Assembly (NCBI GenBank): GCA_964549045.1
Contig: CAZJUA010000022.1
Location: 33,422 to 97,421, forward strand
DNA: 64,000 nucleotides
From: an uncultured bacterium
Lineage (GTDB): Bacteria; Deinococcota; Deinococci; Deinococcales; Trueperaceae
Direction of reading: 5' to 3'
The notes under the pieces are model-generated. The model was given only the letters and a program-made list of their open reading frames with translations, had not been told where the DNA came from and made no database searches. The position numbers and the translations under genes were made by a program. Of the stretch, positions 29,505 through 38,180 are shown piece by piece. The first letter of the stretch is position 1, and each line of letters begins with the position of its first letter.

Positions 29505-30134
29505 ATGGCCCACCGGACGATCGCGTGCCCCAGCGAGCGCCTCGAGGTCGTCAAGGGATCGCGCTTCCGGGCGGTCGTCGCGCCCCTCACGGCCGTCGAC
29601 GACGTGGACGCCTGGCTAGCCCGGCTGCGGGCGAGCGAACCCGACGCGGGTCACGTGGCCTGGGCGTGGCGCTGGGGCTCGCTCCAGCGCTGGTCCGACG
29701 ACGGCGAGCCGGGCGGGACGGCCGGTCGGCCGATGCTCGAGGTGCTCCTCAAGCGCGACCTCGATCGCGTGATCGCGGGCGTCGCGCGGGTGTTCGGCGG
29801 CGTCAAGCTCGGCGCCGGCGGCCTGGCGCGGGCGTACGGCGGCTCGCTGGCCCGCGCCCTCGACGCGGCGCCGGTCCTCGACGTCCCCGATCGCGCCGCC
29901 TTCGAGCTGCGGGCGCCCTTCGCGGAGGTCGATGGCGTGCTGCGGGCCCTCGCCGACCCGGACGTCGACCACGCCGCGCCCGAGTTCGACGCCGACGGCG
30001 TGGTCGTTCGGGGCACGGTCCTCGCCTCCGCGGCCGAACGCATCGAGGAACGCGTCACGACCGTCACGCGTGGCCGCGGCCATTGGGACTGGGCCGGCGA
30101 CGCCCCTCCGCCGACCGAGGACGACGGCGCCTAG
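29505..30134 (+). CDS. yigZ: IMPACT/YigZ family protein (UPF0029)
   Basis: 209 aa with EVVKGSRF.., DDGEPGGTAGRPML and RVFGGVKLGAGGLARAY, which are family hallmarks. Confidence 0.8.
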   Translation: MAHRTIACPSERLEVVKGSRFRAVVAPLTAVDDVDAWLARLRASEPDAGHVAWAWRWGSLQRWSDDGEPGGTAGRPMLEVLLKRDLDRVIAGVARVFGGVKLGAGGLARAYGGSLARALDAAPVLDVPDRAAFELRAPFAEVDGVLRALADPDVDHAAPEFDADGVVVRGTVLASAAERIEERVTTVTRGRGHWDWAGDAPPPTEDDGA

Positions 30135-31453
30135 CGGAAGTAGTTGCGGATGACCTCCTGGTACGCGACGGGAAGGTCGCCCTCGTTGAGCGCCTCCTCG
30201 ACGCCGCGCCGGAAGCTGGTGCCGGCCGGCCCGGAGGGGAAGCCGCCGTCGGGCCCCACGCCGGGGAGCTGCACGCCGCCGATGGGCGACTCCTCGCCGG
30301 GACCGAGCAGCGAGGGTAGCGGTTCGGGATCGCCTGCCGCAGGATCGGCCGCGGGTCCCGCGTCCCCGGGTGCGCTCACCCCGATGCCCGCTTCCCCGTC
30401 CTCGCCGCCCTCGTCGACCCCGACCTGCTCGCCGGCGCCGCCGGCCTGCTCGTCCGGCCCGCTCCCCGGCTCGCCCGGCGCTTCGGGCCCTTCGCCCTCC
30501 GGACCGCCGGCGTCACCCGGGTCGCCCTCGCTCTCGTCGCCGGCCGACCCTTCGCCTTCGCCCTCGTCCGCCTCGCCGGCCCGCTCCTCGTCGCCCTCGC
30601 CACCCGCCTGGCGCTCGCCCTCGGGATCCCCCTCCTCCGGCGCCTCCCCGCTGCGCATGGCGTCGCCGCCCGGTGAGGTCGGATCCTCCTCCTCGTCCTC
30701 GTCCTCCTCGTCCGCGCCGACGCCGGCCGCCTGGCCCGCGCGCGCGGCCCCTTCCTCCTCGGGCGGGCGCTCCCGCAGCCGATCCAGGAAGCGGTCCAGC
30801 ACGTCGCGCTCGGCCGGGGCGCCGCCCTCCGAGGGCGAGCCGGTACCGGCGCTCGTGGCGTCGCCCGTGCCGTCGTCGCTGCGGGCCGGGGTCGCTTCCT
30901 CGGGCGCGTCCAGCGTCTCGGGCTCGTCGGCCGCGGCCTCCTCGACGCGCGCCTCGTCGGTCACCGCGGGCGGGCTCGTCGTGGTGGGGGGCGGCCCGGG
31001 CGTCGGTCCCGCCGGGAACGCCGCGCCGCCGCCTCCGGCCCAGGCCGCCCACAGCCACAGGCCGAAGGCGACCGTCGCCAGCGGGAGCCACCACGCGGCG
31101 GCCGCCGGTGGCCGCAGGTCGCGCACCGACAGCCGCCCCTGGACCTCGACCGCCGACCGCAGCGCGGTGGCGCGATCGTCGGCCGCCGGCCGCGCGCGCG
31201 AGAGCTCCCACGCCGTCTCGTACGCCAGGCCGACGCGCTCGCCGACCCACCCCAGCGCACGCCGCTCGTCGCTTCGCAGCGGCCACGAGGCCGCGAGGAC
31301 GGCGCCGAGCACGATCGCGCCCAGGTGCCACGCGCTCGGGGCCGCCAGCGCGAAGGCGACCAGCGACGCGAGCAGGGCCCCGGCGCCCGCGCGCAGCCCC
31401 ATGCCCTCGAGGCGCCACCGGCGCAGGACGTCGAGGTGCACGGGCCGCGTCAT
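30131..31453 (-). CDS. Membrane protein with 3 N-terminal TM helices, a ~200-aa polyacidic low-complexity tract and a conserved-looking C-terminal tail
   Basis: The track ORF (598 aa) is trimmed to the ATG at 31453, which overlaps the upstream stop as ATGA. The central region is Asp/Glu/Gly/Pro-rich (..DEEDEDEEEDP..GEGDEERAGEADEGEGEG..). The protein ends ..GDLPVAYQEVIRNYFR. No family assigned. Confidence 0.6.
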   Translation of the reverse strand: MTRPVHLDVLRRWRLEGMGLRAGAGALLASLVAFALAAPSAWHLGAIVLGAVLAASWPLRSDERRALGWVGERVGLAYETAWELSRARPAADDRATALRSAVEVQGRLSVRDLRPPAAAAWWLPLATVAFGLWLWAAWAGGGGAAFPAGPTPGPPPTTTSPPAVTDEARVEEAAADEPETLDAPEEATPARSDDGTGDATSAGTGSPSEGGAPAERDVLDRFLDRLRERPPEEEGAARAGQAAGVGADEEDEDEEEDPTSPGGDAMRSGEAPEEGDPEGERQAGGEGDEERAGEADEGEGEGSAGDESEGDPGDAGGPEGEGPEAPGEPGSGPDEQAGGAGEQVGVDEGGEDGEAGIGVSAPGDAGPAADPAAGDPEPLPSLLGPGEESPIGGVQLPGVGPDGGFPSGPAGTSFRRGVEEALNEGDLPVAYQEVIRNYFR

Positions 31454-32076
31454 GCCTCGCCCCCGCCGCGCCGTGCGGCCCAGCCGAGCGCCGCGGCCCC
31501 GAGGAGCGCGGTGACACCGTGGAACGCGAGGTGACCGGGCGCGACCTGCAGAGCCGCCGTCAGCGGGTTCAGCAGCGTCACGCCGAGCCGCACGTCGATC
31601 GCCACGGTGCCGATGACGACGGCGGGCGCCAGCAGGGGCGCCAGCGCCGTCAGGCGCAGCCGGCGAACGACGATGCCCAGCAGCGCGCCGAGCGCGAGGT
31701 GGCCCAACGTGGCGACGGGCGTCACCAGCCAGGCCCACCACGCCGGCGTCGCGGGGGCGCTCCCCGCGTGCGCAACCATCTCCAGGGGCAGCGTCGTGAT
31801 CGCGAGCAGCGATACCGCCAGCGCGGTACCCGCCGCCCCTCGGGGCGTCGCCAGCGGCAGGCCCATCCCGTAGCCGAGCGCGAGCAGTGCGACCAGCACC
31901 GAACGGGCCTGGGAGACCGTGTACCACGACTCGTTCGGGAGCCCCGGGCGCGCGGGCCAGGTCACCACCAGCGTCGCCACCAGCAGCGCCAACAGCAGCA
32001 ACCCGAACTGGGGGAGATCACCGGCGCGCAGGCGCGCCAGGCCCGCGTCGACGACGCTCGGAAGGCGCACCGTCAC
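31450..32076 (-). CDS. Polytopic (about 6 TM) membrane protein, unassigned
   Basis: 208 aa and strongly hydrophobic. GTG start overlapping the upstream stop (GTGA), and its stop overlaps the downstream start (ATGA). Confidence 0.6.
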   Translation of the reverse strand: MTVRLPSVVDAGLARLRAGDLPQFGLLLLALLVATLVVTWPARPGLPNESWYTVSQARSVLVALLALGYGMGLPLATPRGAAGTALAVSLLAITTLPLEMVAHAGSAPATPAWWAWLVTPVATLGHLALGALLGIVVRRLRLTALAPLLAPAVVIGTVAIDVRLGVTLLNPLTAALQVAPGHLAFHGVTALLGAAALGWAARRGGGEA

Positions 32077-33473
32077 CAGCGCACCCCCGGAGCGAGGGCG
32101 ACGTGCCAGTCATCGCCATCCCTCGCCCACACGCTGCCAGGGGGCAACAGGGCCTCGAAAGCGGCGGCGTTCCCACCGAGGATCGTCGGGTCGCTCGGCA
32201 GTTCGAGCGCGCGCCCCGGCGCCACCTCGCGCCAGGCCGGGCCACCGACGACCCGCACGTCGCTCAAGACCCGGTCGCCGACGGCGACCGGCAGGCCGTC
32301 CGCATCGAGGGAGAGCAGCGCCGGGGCGGCGCGCGGCGACTCGACGAGCGTGGCACCACGCCATCGCGGCAGCGTCAGCGTGGTGGCGGGCGGCGAGCCG
32401 AGCCGCTGCTCGCCGGCGGTCGTCGTCGCCGGGCGGGCGACCCGGGCCACCTCGACGTCGCCGGCCGGCAGCGTCAACAGGTCGTGCACCTCGGTGCGCC
32501 ACGCGAGATCGCCGACGCCCACGTGCAGCGCGCGGCTCTCGATCAGGGTCGGAGACGACGGCCGGGGCGCACCCCAGGCGAGCAGCGAGGCGCCGAGGAG
32601 CAGAACCGACCACGTCAGCAGGCCGGGGGCGCCGCCGACGCGCCACGCGAGCATGACCAGCAGCACGTAGGCGGACGCCGCGACCACCACGGCGGCGACG
32701 GAGACGGTGCGCGGGGCCAGCACCCCGCCGGCCGCGGCGAACGCGGCCAGGTAGGCGCCGAGGTCGACCCGGGCCGATTCGAGCTGGGCACCTTGGGGCG
32801 GCGAGCCGATCCACCACCCGCCCGCCGCGATCGGGATCCACGCCGATGCCTCGCCGACGATCTCGGCGACGACCGGGTCACGCAGCGCATCGTCGGCCAG
32901 CACCACCACCGCGCCGGCCGCGGCGGCGGCCGTGATCGACGGCAGCGCCGGCATGCCGGCGCTGCCGTCGATCCATAGCGAGCGGACACCGTCGTAGGCG
33001 GCCGCGCGGGCCGGCAGCAGCGAGGCGGGGACGTCGACGACGCGGCCCGCGAGGCGCTCGGCGACGGCCCCGGGCCGGGCGCTCACGACCAGGTCGAGCC
33101 GGCGCCGGTCGGCCGCCTCCCGCGGCAGCGCGCCGCTGGCGACGATCGCGCCGCCCGCCTCGAGCGACCACACCAGCGAGCGCCAGGCCGGCAGGAAGAC
33201 GTCGACCTCCAGAACCCGGACGCCGGCGCCGCCGCTGACCGGCACGACCATCGTCCAGGGAATCTCGCCGTCACGCAGGTTGCCCTGATCGGCCACGAGC
33301 GTCAGGCGGCCGCTGCCGACGTCGCGAACGGTCACGCGCAGGGGGTTCCACGCGTCGGCCACCGGCGCACCGCGGAACCCGACCTCGACCTCCGCCAGGC
33401 GGCCGCCGCCCTGACCGTGCCCGACGTGCAGCGACGCCGCCAGCAGCAGCGCGAGCCACCACCGCCCGCTCAC
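32073..33473 (-). CDS. Exported protein with signal peptide and an internal pair of TM helices, unassigned
   Basis: The track ORF (746 aa) is trimmed to the GTG at 33473, which overlaps the upstream stop as GTGA. The N-terminus VSGRWWLALLLAASLHVGHG looks like a signal peptide. There is a central hydrophobic pair (VAAVVVAASAYVLLVMLAW / LLTWSVLLLGASLLAW). Confidence 0.6.
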   Translation of the reverse strand: MSGRWWLALLLAASLHVGHGQGGGRLAEVEVGFRGAPVADAWNPLRVTVRDVGSGRLTLVADQGNLRDGEIPWTMVVPVSGGAGVRVLEVDVFLPAWRSLVWSLEAGGAIVASGALPREAADRRRLDLVVSARPGAVAERLAGRVVDVPASLLPARAAAYDGVRSLWIDGSAGMPALPSITAAAAAGAVVVLADDALRDPVVAEIVGEASAWIPIAAGGWWIGSPPQGAQLESARVDLGAYLAAFAAAGGVLAPRTVSVAAVVVAASAYVLLVMLAWRVGGAPGLLTWSVLLLGASLLAWGAPRPSSPTLIESRALHVGVGDLAWRTEVHDLLTLPAGDVEVARVARPATTTAGEQRLGSPPATTLTLPRWRGATLVESPRAAPALLSLDADGLPVAVGDRVLSDVRVVGGPAWREVAPGRALELPSDPTILGGNAAAFEALLPPGSVWARDGDDWHVALAPGVRW

Positions 33474-35215
33474 CGCTCCGCCTCGGGGAGCCACACGATG
33501 GCGTTGGCCACGGCCCGCTCCGTGAGCCGGTTCAGCACGCGACCGTCGGCCACCAGCGTCGTGCTGCCGCCGGAGTCGAGGCGCATCGCGTCGACGGCAC
33601 CGAGGTCGAGCATCAGCGGAACGAGGTCGGCGGCCACCATGGCCTCCGCCGCGACCAGCAGCACGGTTCCGTCCCCGGTGACGCCGATGGCGGCCTGCTG
33701 CGTGACCTCGTCGAGGATGCGGACGCCGCGGGTGAAGGCCTCGAGCTCGGGGGCGAAGGCGGCGCGCCCGCCCTGCACCAGGAGTGGCCCGGCCTCGACG
33801 GCGTGAGAGACGCGCTCCAACGACGCCGGCCGCAGCCGGACCGTGGTGCGGACCCGGGTGCCCGGCTCGGCGAGGGCGGCGACGCGCAGTTCGGGCGGGT
33901 AGACGATCACGCGGCCGTCCTCGGGGACGCGCACCGGACCCACGCGGTTGCCGATGACGAGGCCGCTCGCGTCGACCGTCAGCGCCCCCATGCGTCCGGT
34001 TCCCGCCCACGCGCCCGGGGTCGCGTGCACCGAGACCTGCTCGGCGAGCTCGTGATCGAGCGACAGCGCCAACCGCTCGTCGAGCCACAGGCCCGTCCTC
34101 ACCTGGACGCGGTCGATGACCACGCCGTCGGGACCGAAACCGATGACCGCCCGACCACGCGATGGCGGTGAGATCCACACCCCGTCGACCACGAGCAGCC
34201 CGATCGCGGCGCGGGTCGCCGGTTCGAAGTAGCCGCCGTTGATCGCGACGAAGCCGCCGTCGGCCCACCGGAGCGTCGGCTGGGCCTCGCCGGGCGCCCC
34301 GACCACGCGCCACTGGCCGGCGCCCGGCGCCACCTCCAGCACGTGGACGCGGCTCGGCCCGCCGCTGCCCAGGGCGCGGAACGTCCGGTAGACGACGCCC
34401 GGGCCGAGGGCCTCGACCCGTTCACCCGAGGCGGGCACCCCGTCGCGGTCGGGGCGCAGGTCGATGACGAGCCTCGTCGGGTGGGCCAACGCGAACACGT
34501 CGTACGCGAAGCCGCCGCCGGTGAGCGCCAGCGAGGGACGCGGGGCGCCCGGGTGCCATGCGAGGTCGATGACGCCGGCGGTCGCGGGCAGCGCGGCGGG
34601 GAGGGCGACGTGCGGCAGCTCGAGCCGCAGGGCGTCGCCGGGTTCGACGCGCCCCACGGTGCCGACGCCCCGCACCGCGTCGACCTCGATGCCCTCGAGA
34701 TCGAGCACGACGCGCATGTCCACCTCGCCGGAGATGCGCACGCCGAGGAGGCGCGCCTGCCCGCCGTCCGTGGCCGGCGGGGCGCCGTGCGTCGCCGGCG
34801 GGGCGCCGTCCGTGGCCGGCGGGGCGCCGCCTGCGGACGGCGGGCTGCCGCTCTGCTCGGGCGTGAGGCCGAGCGCCGCGGCGACGGCGGGCACCACCCA
34901 AGCGACACCATCTTGGACGCGCGGCGGGGGGGCGACGACATCGGCGAGCCAGCCGAGGCCGTCGACGTACACCAGCGTCGTATCACCGTACGTGACGGTC
35001 ACGGCGCCATCGGTGACCTCGATCCGGGCGTCCCACAGCGGGATCTCGACGCCGGGAGCGCCCGACCCGGCAGGGTCGACCGACCCGGCAGGGTCGACCG
35101 ACCCGGTAGGGTCGACCGACCCGGTGTGGCCGCTCGACCCCACCACGCCGAAGAGCAAGGCGGCGAGGACGAGCGGCAGCGCGCGGAGGAGGCCAGGCGG
35201 GACGCGGCACGACAC
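33470..35215 (-). CDS. Secreted AMIN-like plus phosphodiester glycosidase (NAGPA/DUF2233-type) domain protein
   Basis: The track ORF (994 aa) is trimmed to the GTG at 35215 (alternative 35221). It has a signal peptide LLRALPLVLAALLFGVVG and linker repeats GSVDP(T/A) x3 and APPAT(D/H)G x3. An AMIN-like block ends at PTRLVIDLRP. The NAGPA-type motifs are FVAINGGYFEP and AMRLDSGGSTTLVADG. Confidence 0.75.
   Translation of the reverse strand: MSCRVPPGLLRALPLVLAALLFGVVGSSGHTGSVDPTGSVDPAGSVDPAGSGAPGVEIPLWDARIEVTDGAVTVTYGDTTLVYVDGLGWLADVVAPPPRVQDGVAWVVPAVAAALGLTPEQSGSPPSAGGAPPATDGAPPATHGAPPATDGGQARLLGVRISGEVDMRVVLDLEGIEVDAVRGVGTVGRVEPGDALRLELPHVALPAALPATAGVIDLAWHPGAPRPSLALTGGGFAYDVFALAHPTRLVIDLRPDRDGVPASGERVEALGPGVVYRTFRALGSGGPSRVHVLEVAPGAGQWRVVGAPGEAQPTLRWADGGFVAINGGYFEPATRAAIGLLVVDGVWISPPSRGRAVIGFGPDGVVIDRVQVRTGLWLDERLALSLDHELAEQVSVHATPGAWAGTGRMGALTVDASGLVIGNRVGPVRVPEDGRVIVYPPELRVAALAEPGTRVRTTVRLRPASLERVSHAVEAGPLLVQGGRAAFAPELEAFTRGVRILDEVTQQAAIGVTGDGTVLLVAAEAMVAADLVPLMLDLGAVDAMRLDSGGSTTLVADGRVLNRLTERAVANAIVWLPEAER
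34764..34826 (-). repeat. Three tandem 21-nt coding repeats (APPAT(D/H)G linker)
   Basis: CCGTCCGTGGCCGGCGGGGCG, CCGTGCGTCGCCGGCGGGGCG and CCGTCCGTGGCCGGCGGGGCG. Confidence 0.8.
35063..35124 (-). repeat. About 3.4 tandem 18-nt coding repeats (GSVDP(T/A) linker)
   Basis: CGACCCGG(C/T)AGGGTCGAC is repeated head-to-tail, just after the signal peptide of the NAGPA-domain protein. Confidence 0.8.
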
Positions 35216-35253
35216 ACGCACAGCGTGACGCCCAACGGCTTGAGAGGGATGAG

Positions 35254-36036
35254 TCAAGCGTCGTGCACGAGGGCCATGAGCGGCTCGAGCGCGACACCGG
35301 GACCGAGGATCGAGGTCAGGGCCAGCTGCAGACGGTGGGCCTCGACGTCGAGCGCGCCGATCGTCAGGGCGCCGACCTCCAGGCCACGGCGTCGCCACGC
35401 CGACAGTGCCCCCGGCACCAGGTCGACGAGCGCCAGGTGGGGGCCGAGCACGTGTGCGGGCAGCGTCGCCGCCTCGCTCGAGCGAACCACGAGGTCGGCC
35501 CGCTCCAGCATCGCCTGCGCCGCGGGCTCCGCCTCGGCCAGGGCCGCCGTCGACGTGGCCGCCGCCAGCAGACCGGTGACGCGCTCCGCCTCCGGGCGGT
35601 CCGAGGCGATCACGCACAGGTGCGCCACGCCCAGGCTGGCCAGCTCGCGCGCCGCGGCCCGCGCGTGCAGATCCGAACCCTGGACGACCGCGCGCGCGCC
35701 ACGCGGGTCCCACAGGCGCTGCCGCAGGGCCGCCCCGATGGCCCGGCCGAGGTGCAGGTCGGTCACGACGCCGGCGGGGGTGATGACCAGGGCGTCCGCG
35801 GCCCGCAGTTCGCGGACGTCGAGTGAGCCGCGCTCGGCGGACGCGCCGGCGTCGCGTTGGCTGCGCTCGTCGAGCACGACGGCGCCCGCGAAGTCGAGCG
35901 TGCGCAGGGCGTCGGTCAGGGCCGGCAAGGGCCTCGGCGCGATGGGGTGGAGGAGGAAGCGTTGCCCGGCGTCTCGAAAGCCGCGCAAGCGGTGGGCGAG
36001 GTCCTGGTCGCCGCCGACGACCGCCACGAGGTGCAT
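35254..36036 (-). CDS. Shikimate dehydrogenase (AroE)-like protein with divergent active-site positions
   Basis: The track ORF is trimmed to the ATG at 36036 (MHLVAVVGG..). Overall the sequence is collinear with AroE (substrate domain, then a Rossmann segment ARAVVQGSDLHARAAARELASLG). The usual SxS, K, N..D and GAGGA motifs are not visible. Confidence 0.5.
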   Translation of the reverse strand: MHLVAVVGGDQDLAHRLRGFRDAGQRFLLHPIAPRPLPALTDALRTLDFAGAVVLDERSQRDAGASAERGSLDVRELRAADALVITPAGVVTDLHLGRAIGAALRQRLWDPRGARAVVQGSDLHARAAARELASLGVAHLCVIASDRPEAERVTGLLAAATSTAALAEAEPAAQAMLERADLVVRSSEAATLPAHVLGPHLALVDLVPGALSAWRRRGLEVGALTIGALDVEAHRLQLALTSILGPGVALEPLMALVHDA

Positions 36037-36043
36037 GGCCGCC

Positions 36044-36052
36044 AGTATGCCA
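36044..36052 (-). promoter_or_regulatory. Extended -10-like (TGGCATACT) 7 nt upstream of the AroE-like ATG 36036; leaderless-type promoter
   Basis: The minus-sense sequence reads cgTGGCATACTggcggccATG. It sits back-to-back with the thrS -10. Confidence 0.35.
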
Positions 36053-36054
36053 CG

Positions 36055-36063
36055 TGCTAGCAT
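36055..36063 (+). promoter_or_regulatory. Extended -10 (TGCTAGCAT) for thrS, giving a leader of about 70 nt
   Basis: The sequence reads cacgTGCTAGCATgacc. thrS itself has a GGAG SD. Confidence 0.45.
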
Positions 36064-36140
36064 GACCGGCGCTCGCGGGCGCGTCCGGCACGCACGTCGC
36101 CCGCCCACGCCGGCGCTGCGCGCCGCCTCGAGGAGTCCCC

Positions 36141-38126
36141 ATGCACGTCTTCCTGCCCGACGGCCAACGCTTGGACCTCGCACCCGGCGCGACGGCCGCC
36201 GACGCCGCCGCGGCGATCGGTCCGGGCCTCGCCCGGGCGGCGGTCGGCGCGCGCGTCGACGGCACGCTCACCGATCTGCTCACGCCGCTCCCCGAAGGCG
36301 CGCGCCTGGCGATCGTCACCAAGCGCGACGCCGACGATCTCTTGACGCTGCAGCGGCACACGCTGGCGCACGTCCTCGCGCAGGCGGTGCGTGAGATGCT
36401 GGTCGCCGAGGGGCATGCGCCCGACAGCGTCCGGATGGGCATCGGCCCGGTCATCGAGCATGGCTTCTACTACGACTTCGACCTGCCGCGCACGCTCACG
36501 CCCGAGGACCTCGTGGCGTTGGAGACACGCATGCGCGCGATCATCGACGCACGGCTCCCGCTGCGCCGCTACCAGGTCCCCCGCGCGGAGGCGCTGGTCC
36601 ACTGGCGCGCGCAGGGCGACCCGTACAAGGTCGAGCTCATCGAGGACCTCCCCGAGGGCGTCGCGATCAGCTTCTACGAGCAAGGGGGCGACGCGGGCTT
36701 CACCGACCTTTGCCGCGGTCCGCACGTGCCCTCCACCGGCGACGTCACGCCCCACTTCAAGCTCATGAGCGTCGCCGGCGCCTACTGGCGCGGCGACGAG
36801 ACGCGGCCCATGATGCAGCGCGTCTACGGCGTGGCGTTCGCCACCGCCGAGGAACTCGAGCACCACCTGTGGCAGCTCGAGGAGGCGCGCCGGCGTGATC
36901 ACCGCAAGCTCGGCGCCGAACTCGACCTCTACGTCCTCGACGAGGACGTCGGCCCGGGCCTGCCCCTGTGGTTGCCGCGCGGGACGGTCCTCGTCGAGCA
37001 GATCGAGCGCCTGGCGAAGGAGATGGAGGAGGCCGCCGGCTACCAGCAGGTGCGCACCCCCCACGTGTCGAAGGAGGAGCTCTTCCTCAAGAGCGGTCAC
37101 CTGCCGTACTACGCCGACTCGATGTACCCGCCGATGGAGCTGGAGCACGTCCGCTACTACATGAAGCCGATGAACTGCCCGTTCCACCACAAGATCTTCG
37201 CTGCGCGGCCGCGCTCCTACCGCGACCTCCCGCTGCGGCTCTCGGAGTACGGGACGTGCTACCGCTACGAGGACTCCGGCGCCCTGATGGGCCTGATGCG
37301 GGTCCGCAGCATGAACATGAACGACGCCCACATCTACTGCACCGAGGAGCAGTTCGAGGCCGAGTTCCTCGCGGTGGTCGACCTCTACCTGCGCTACTTC
37401 GCCCTCTTCGGCATCGAGGACTACGTCATGCGCTTCTCGAAGCACGCGCCCGACGGTCTCGGCAAGAAGTACGTCGACGAGCCCGAGCTGTGGCTGCGGA
37501 CCGAGGCCATGACCCGCCGGGCGCTGCAGCACGGCGGCATCAACTTCGTCGAGGTCGAGGACGAGGCCGCCTTCTACGGGCCCAAGATCGACGTGCAGAT
37601 CAAGAGCGCGATCGGCCGCGAGTTCACGCTCGCCACCAACCAGGTCGACTTCGCCGTGCCCGCACGCTTCGACCTGAACTACATCGACGAGCACAACCAG
37701 CGGCGCACCCCGCTGTGCCTGCACCGGGCGCCGCTGTCGACGCACGAGCGGCTCATCGGCTTCCTCATCGAGCACTTCGCCGGCGACTTCCCGCTGTGGC
37801 TCGCGCCCGAGCAGGGGCGCATCGTGCCCATCGCCGATCGCCACGTGGATCCCGCCCGCCGGCTTCAGGCTCGCTTCCGTGCCGCCGGCCTACGGTCCGA
37901 GGTCGACGCCAGCAACGAGCGGATGCAGGCCAAGATCCGCGACGCCGAACTGTACAAGGTGCCCTACACGGTCGTCCTGGGCGACAAGGAGATCGAGGCG
38001 GACGAGGTCGCGTTCCGCAGCCGGCAGGAGCCGGAGCGGCGCGGTGTGCCCGTGGGGGCGTTCGAGGCCCATCTCGTCGACCATGCGCGACGGCGCACCC
38101 TGAAGATGCCCCCGATGGGGTCCTGA
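36141..38126 (+). CDS. thrS: Threonyl-tRNA synthetase
   Basis: 661 aa with an N-terminal TGS domain (MHVFLPDGQRLDL..), an editing domain, a class-II core and an anticodon-binding domain. GGAG lies 5 nt upstream of the ATG. Confidence 0.95.
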   Translation: MHVFLPDGQRLDLAPGATAADAAAAIGPGLARAAVGARVDGTLTDLLTPLPEGARLAIVTKRDADDLLTLQRHTLAHVLAQAVREMLVAEGHAPDSVRMGIGPVIEHGFYYDFDLPRTLTPEDLVALETRMRAIIDARLPLRRYQVPRAEALVHWRAQGDPYKVELIEDLPEGVAISFYEQGGDAGFTDLCRGPHVPSTGDVTPHFKLMSVAGAYWRGDETRPMMQRVYGVAFATAEELEHHLWQLEEARRRDHRKLGAELDLYVLDEDVGPGLPLWLPRGTVLVEQIERLAKEMEEAAGYQQVRTPHVSKEELFLKSGHLPYYADSMYPPMELEHVRYYMKPMNCPFHHKIFAARPRSYRDLPLRLSEYGTCYRYEDSGALMGLMRVRSMNMNDAHIYCTEEQFEAEFLAVVDLYLRYFALFGIEDYVMRFSKHAPDGLGKKYVDEPELWLRTEAMTRRALQHGGINFVEVEDEAAFYGPKIDVQIKSAIGREFTLATNQVDFAVPARFDLNYIDEHNQRRTPLCLHRAPLSTHERLIGFLIEHFAGDFPLWLAPEQGRIVPIADRHVDPARRLQARFRAAGLRSEVDASNERMQAKIRDAELYKVPYTVVLGDKEIEADEVAFRSRQEPERRGVPVGAFEAHLVDHARRRTLKMPPMGS

Positions 38127-38180
38127 ACGACGGAGGGGGGCACCGCGGGTGACGGCGCCCCCCTCACGTGGCGACCAGCG

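Noticed and set aside
36064-36140. T-box or other leader element upstream of thrS (and 29388-29446 upstream of cysS)
   Set aside because: The predicted leaders are only about 50-70 nt, far shorter than a T-box of around 200 nt. I could not find a specifier loop or T-box sequence.
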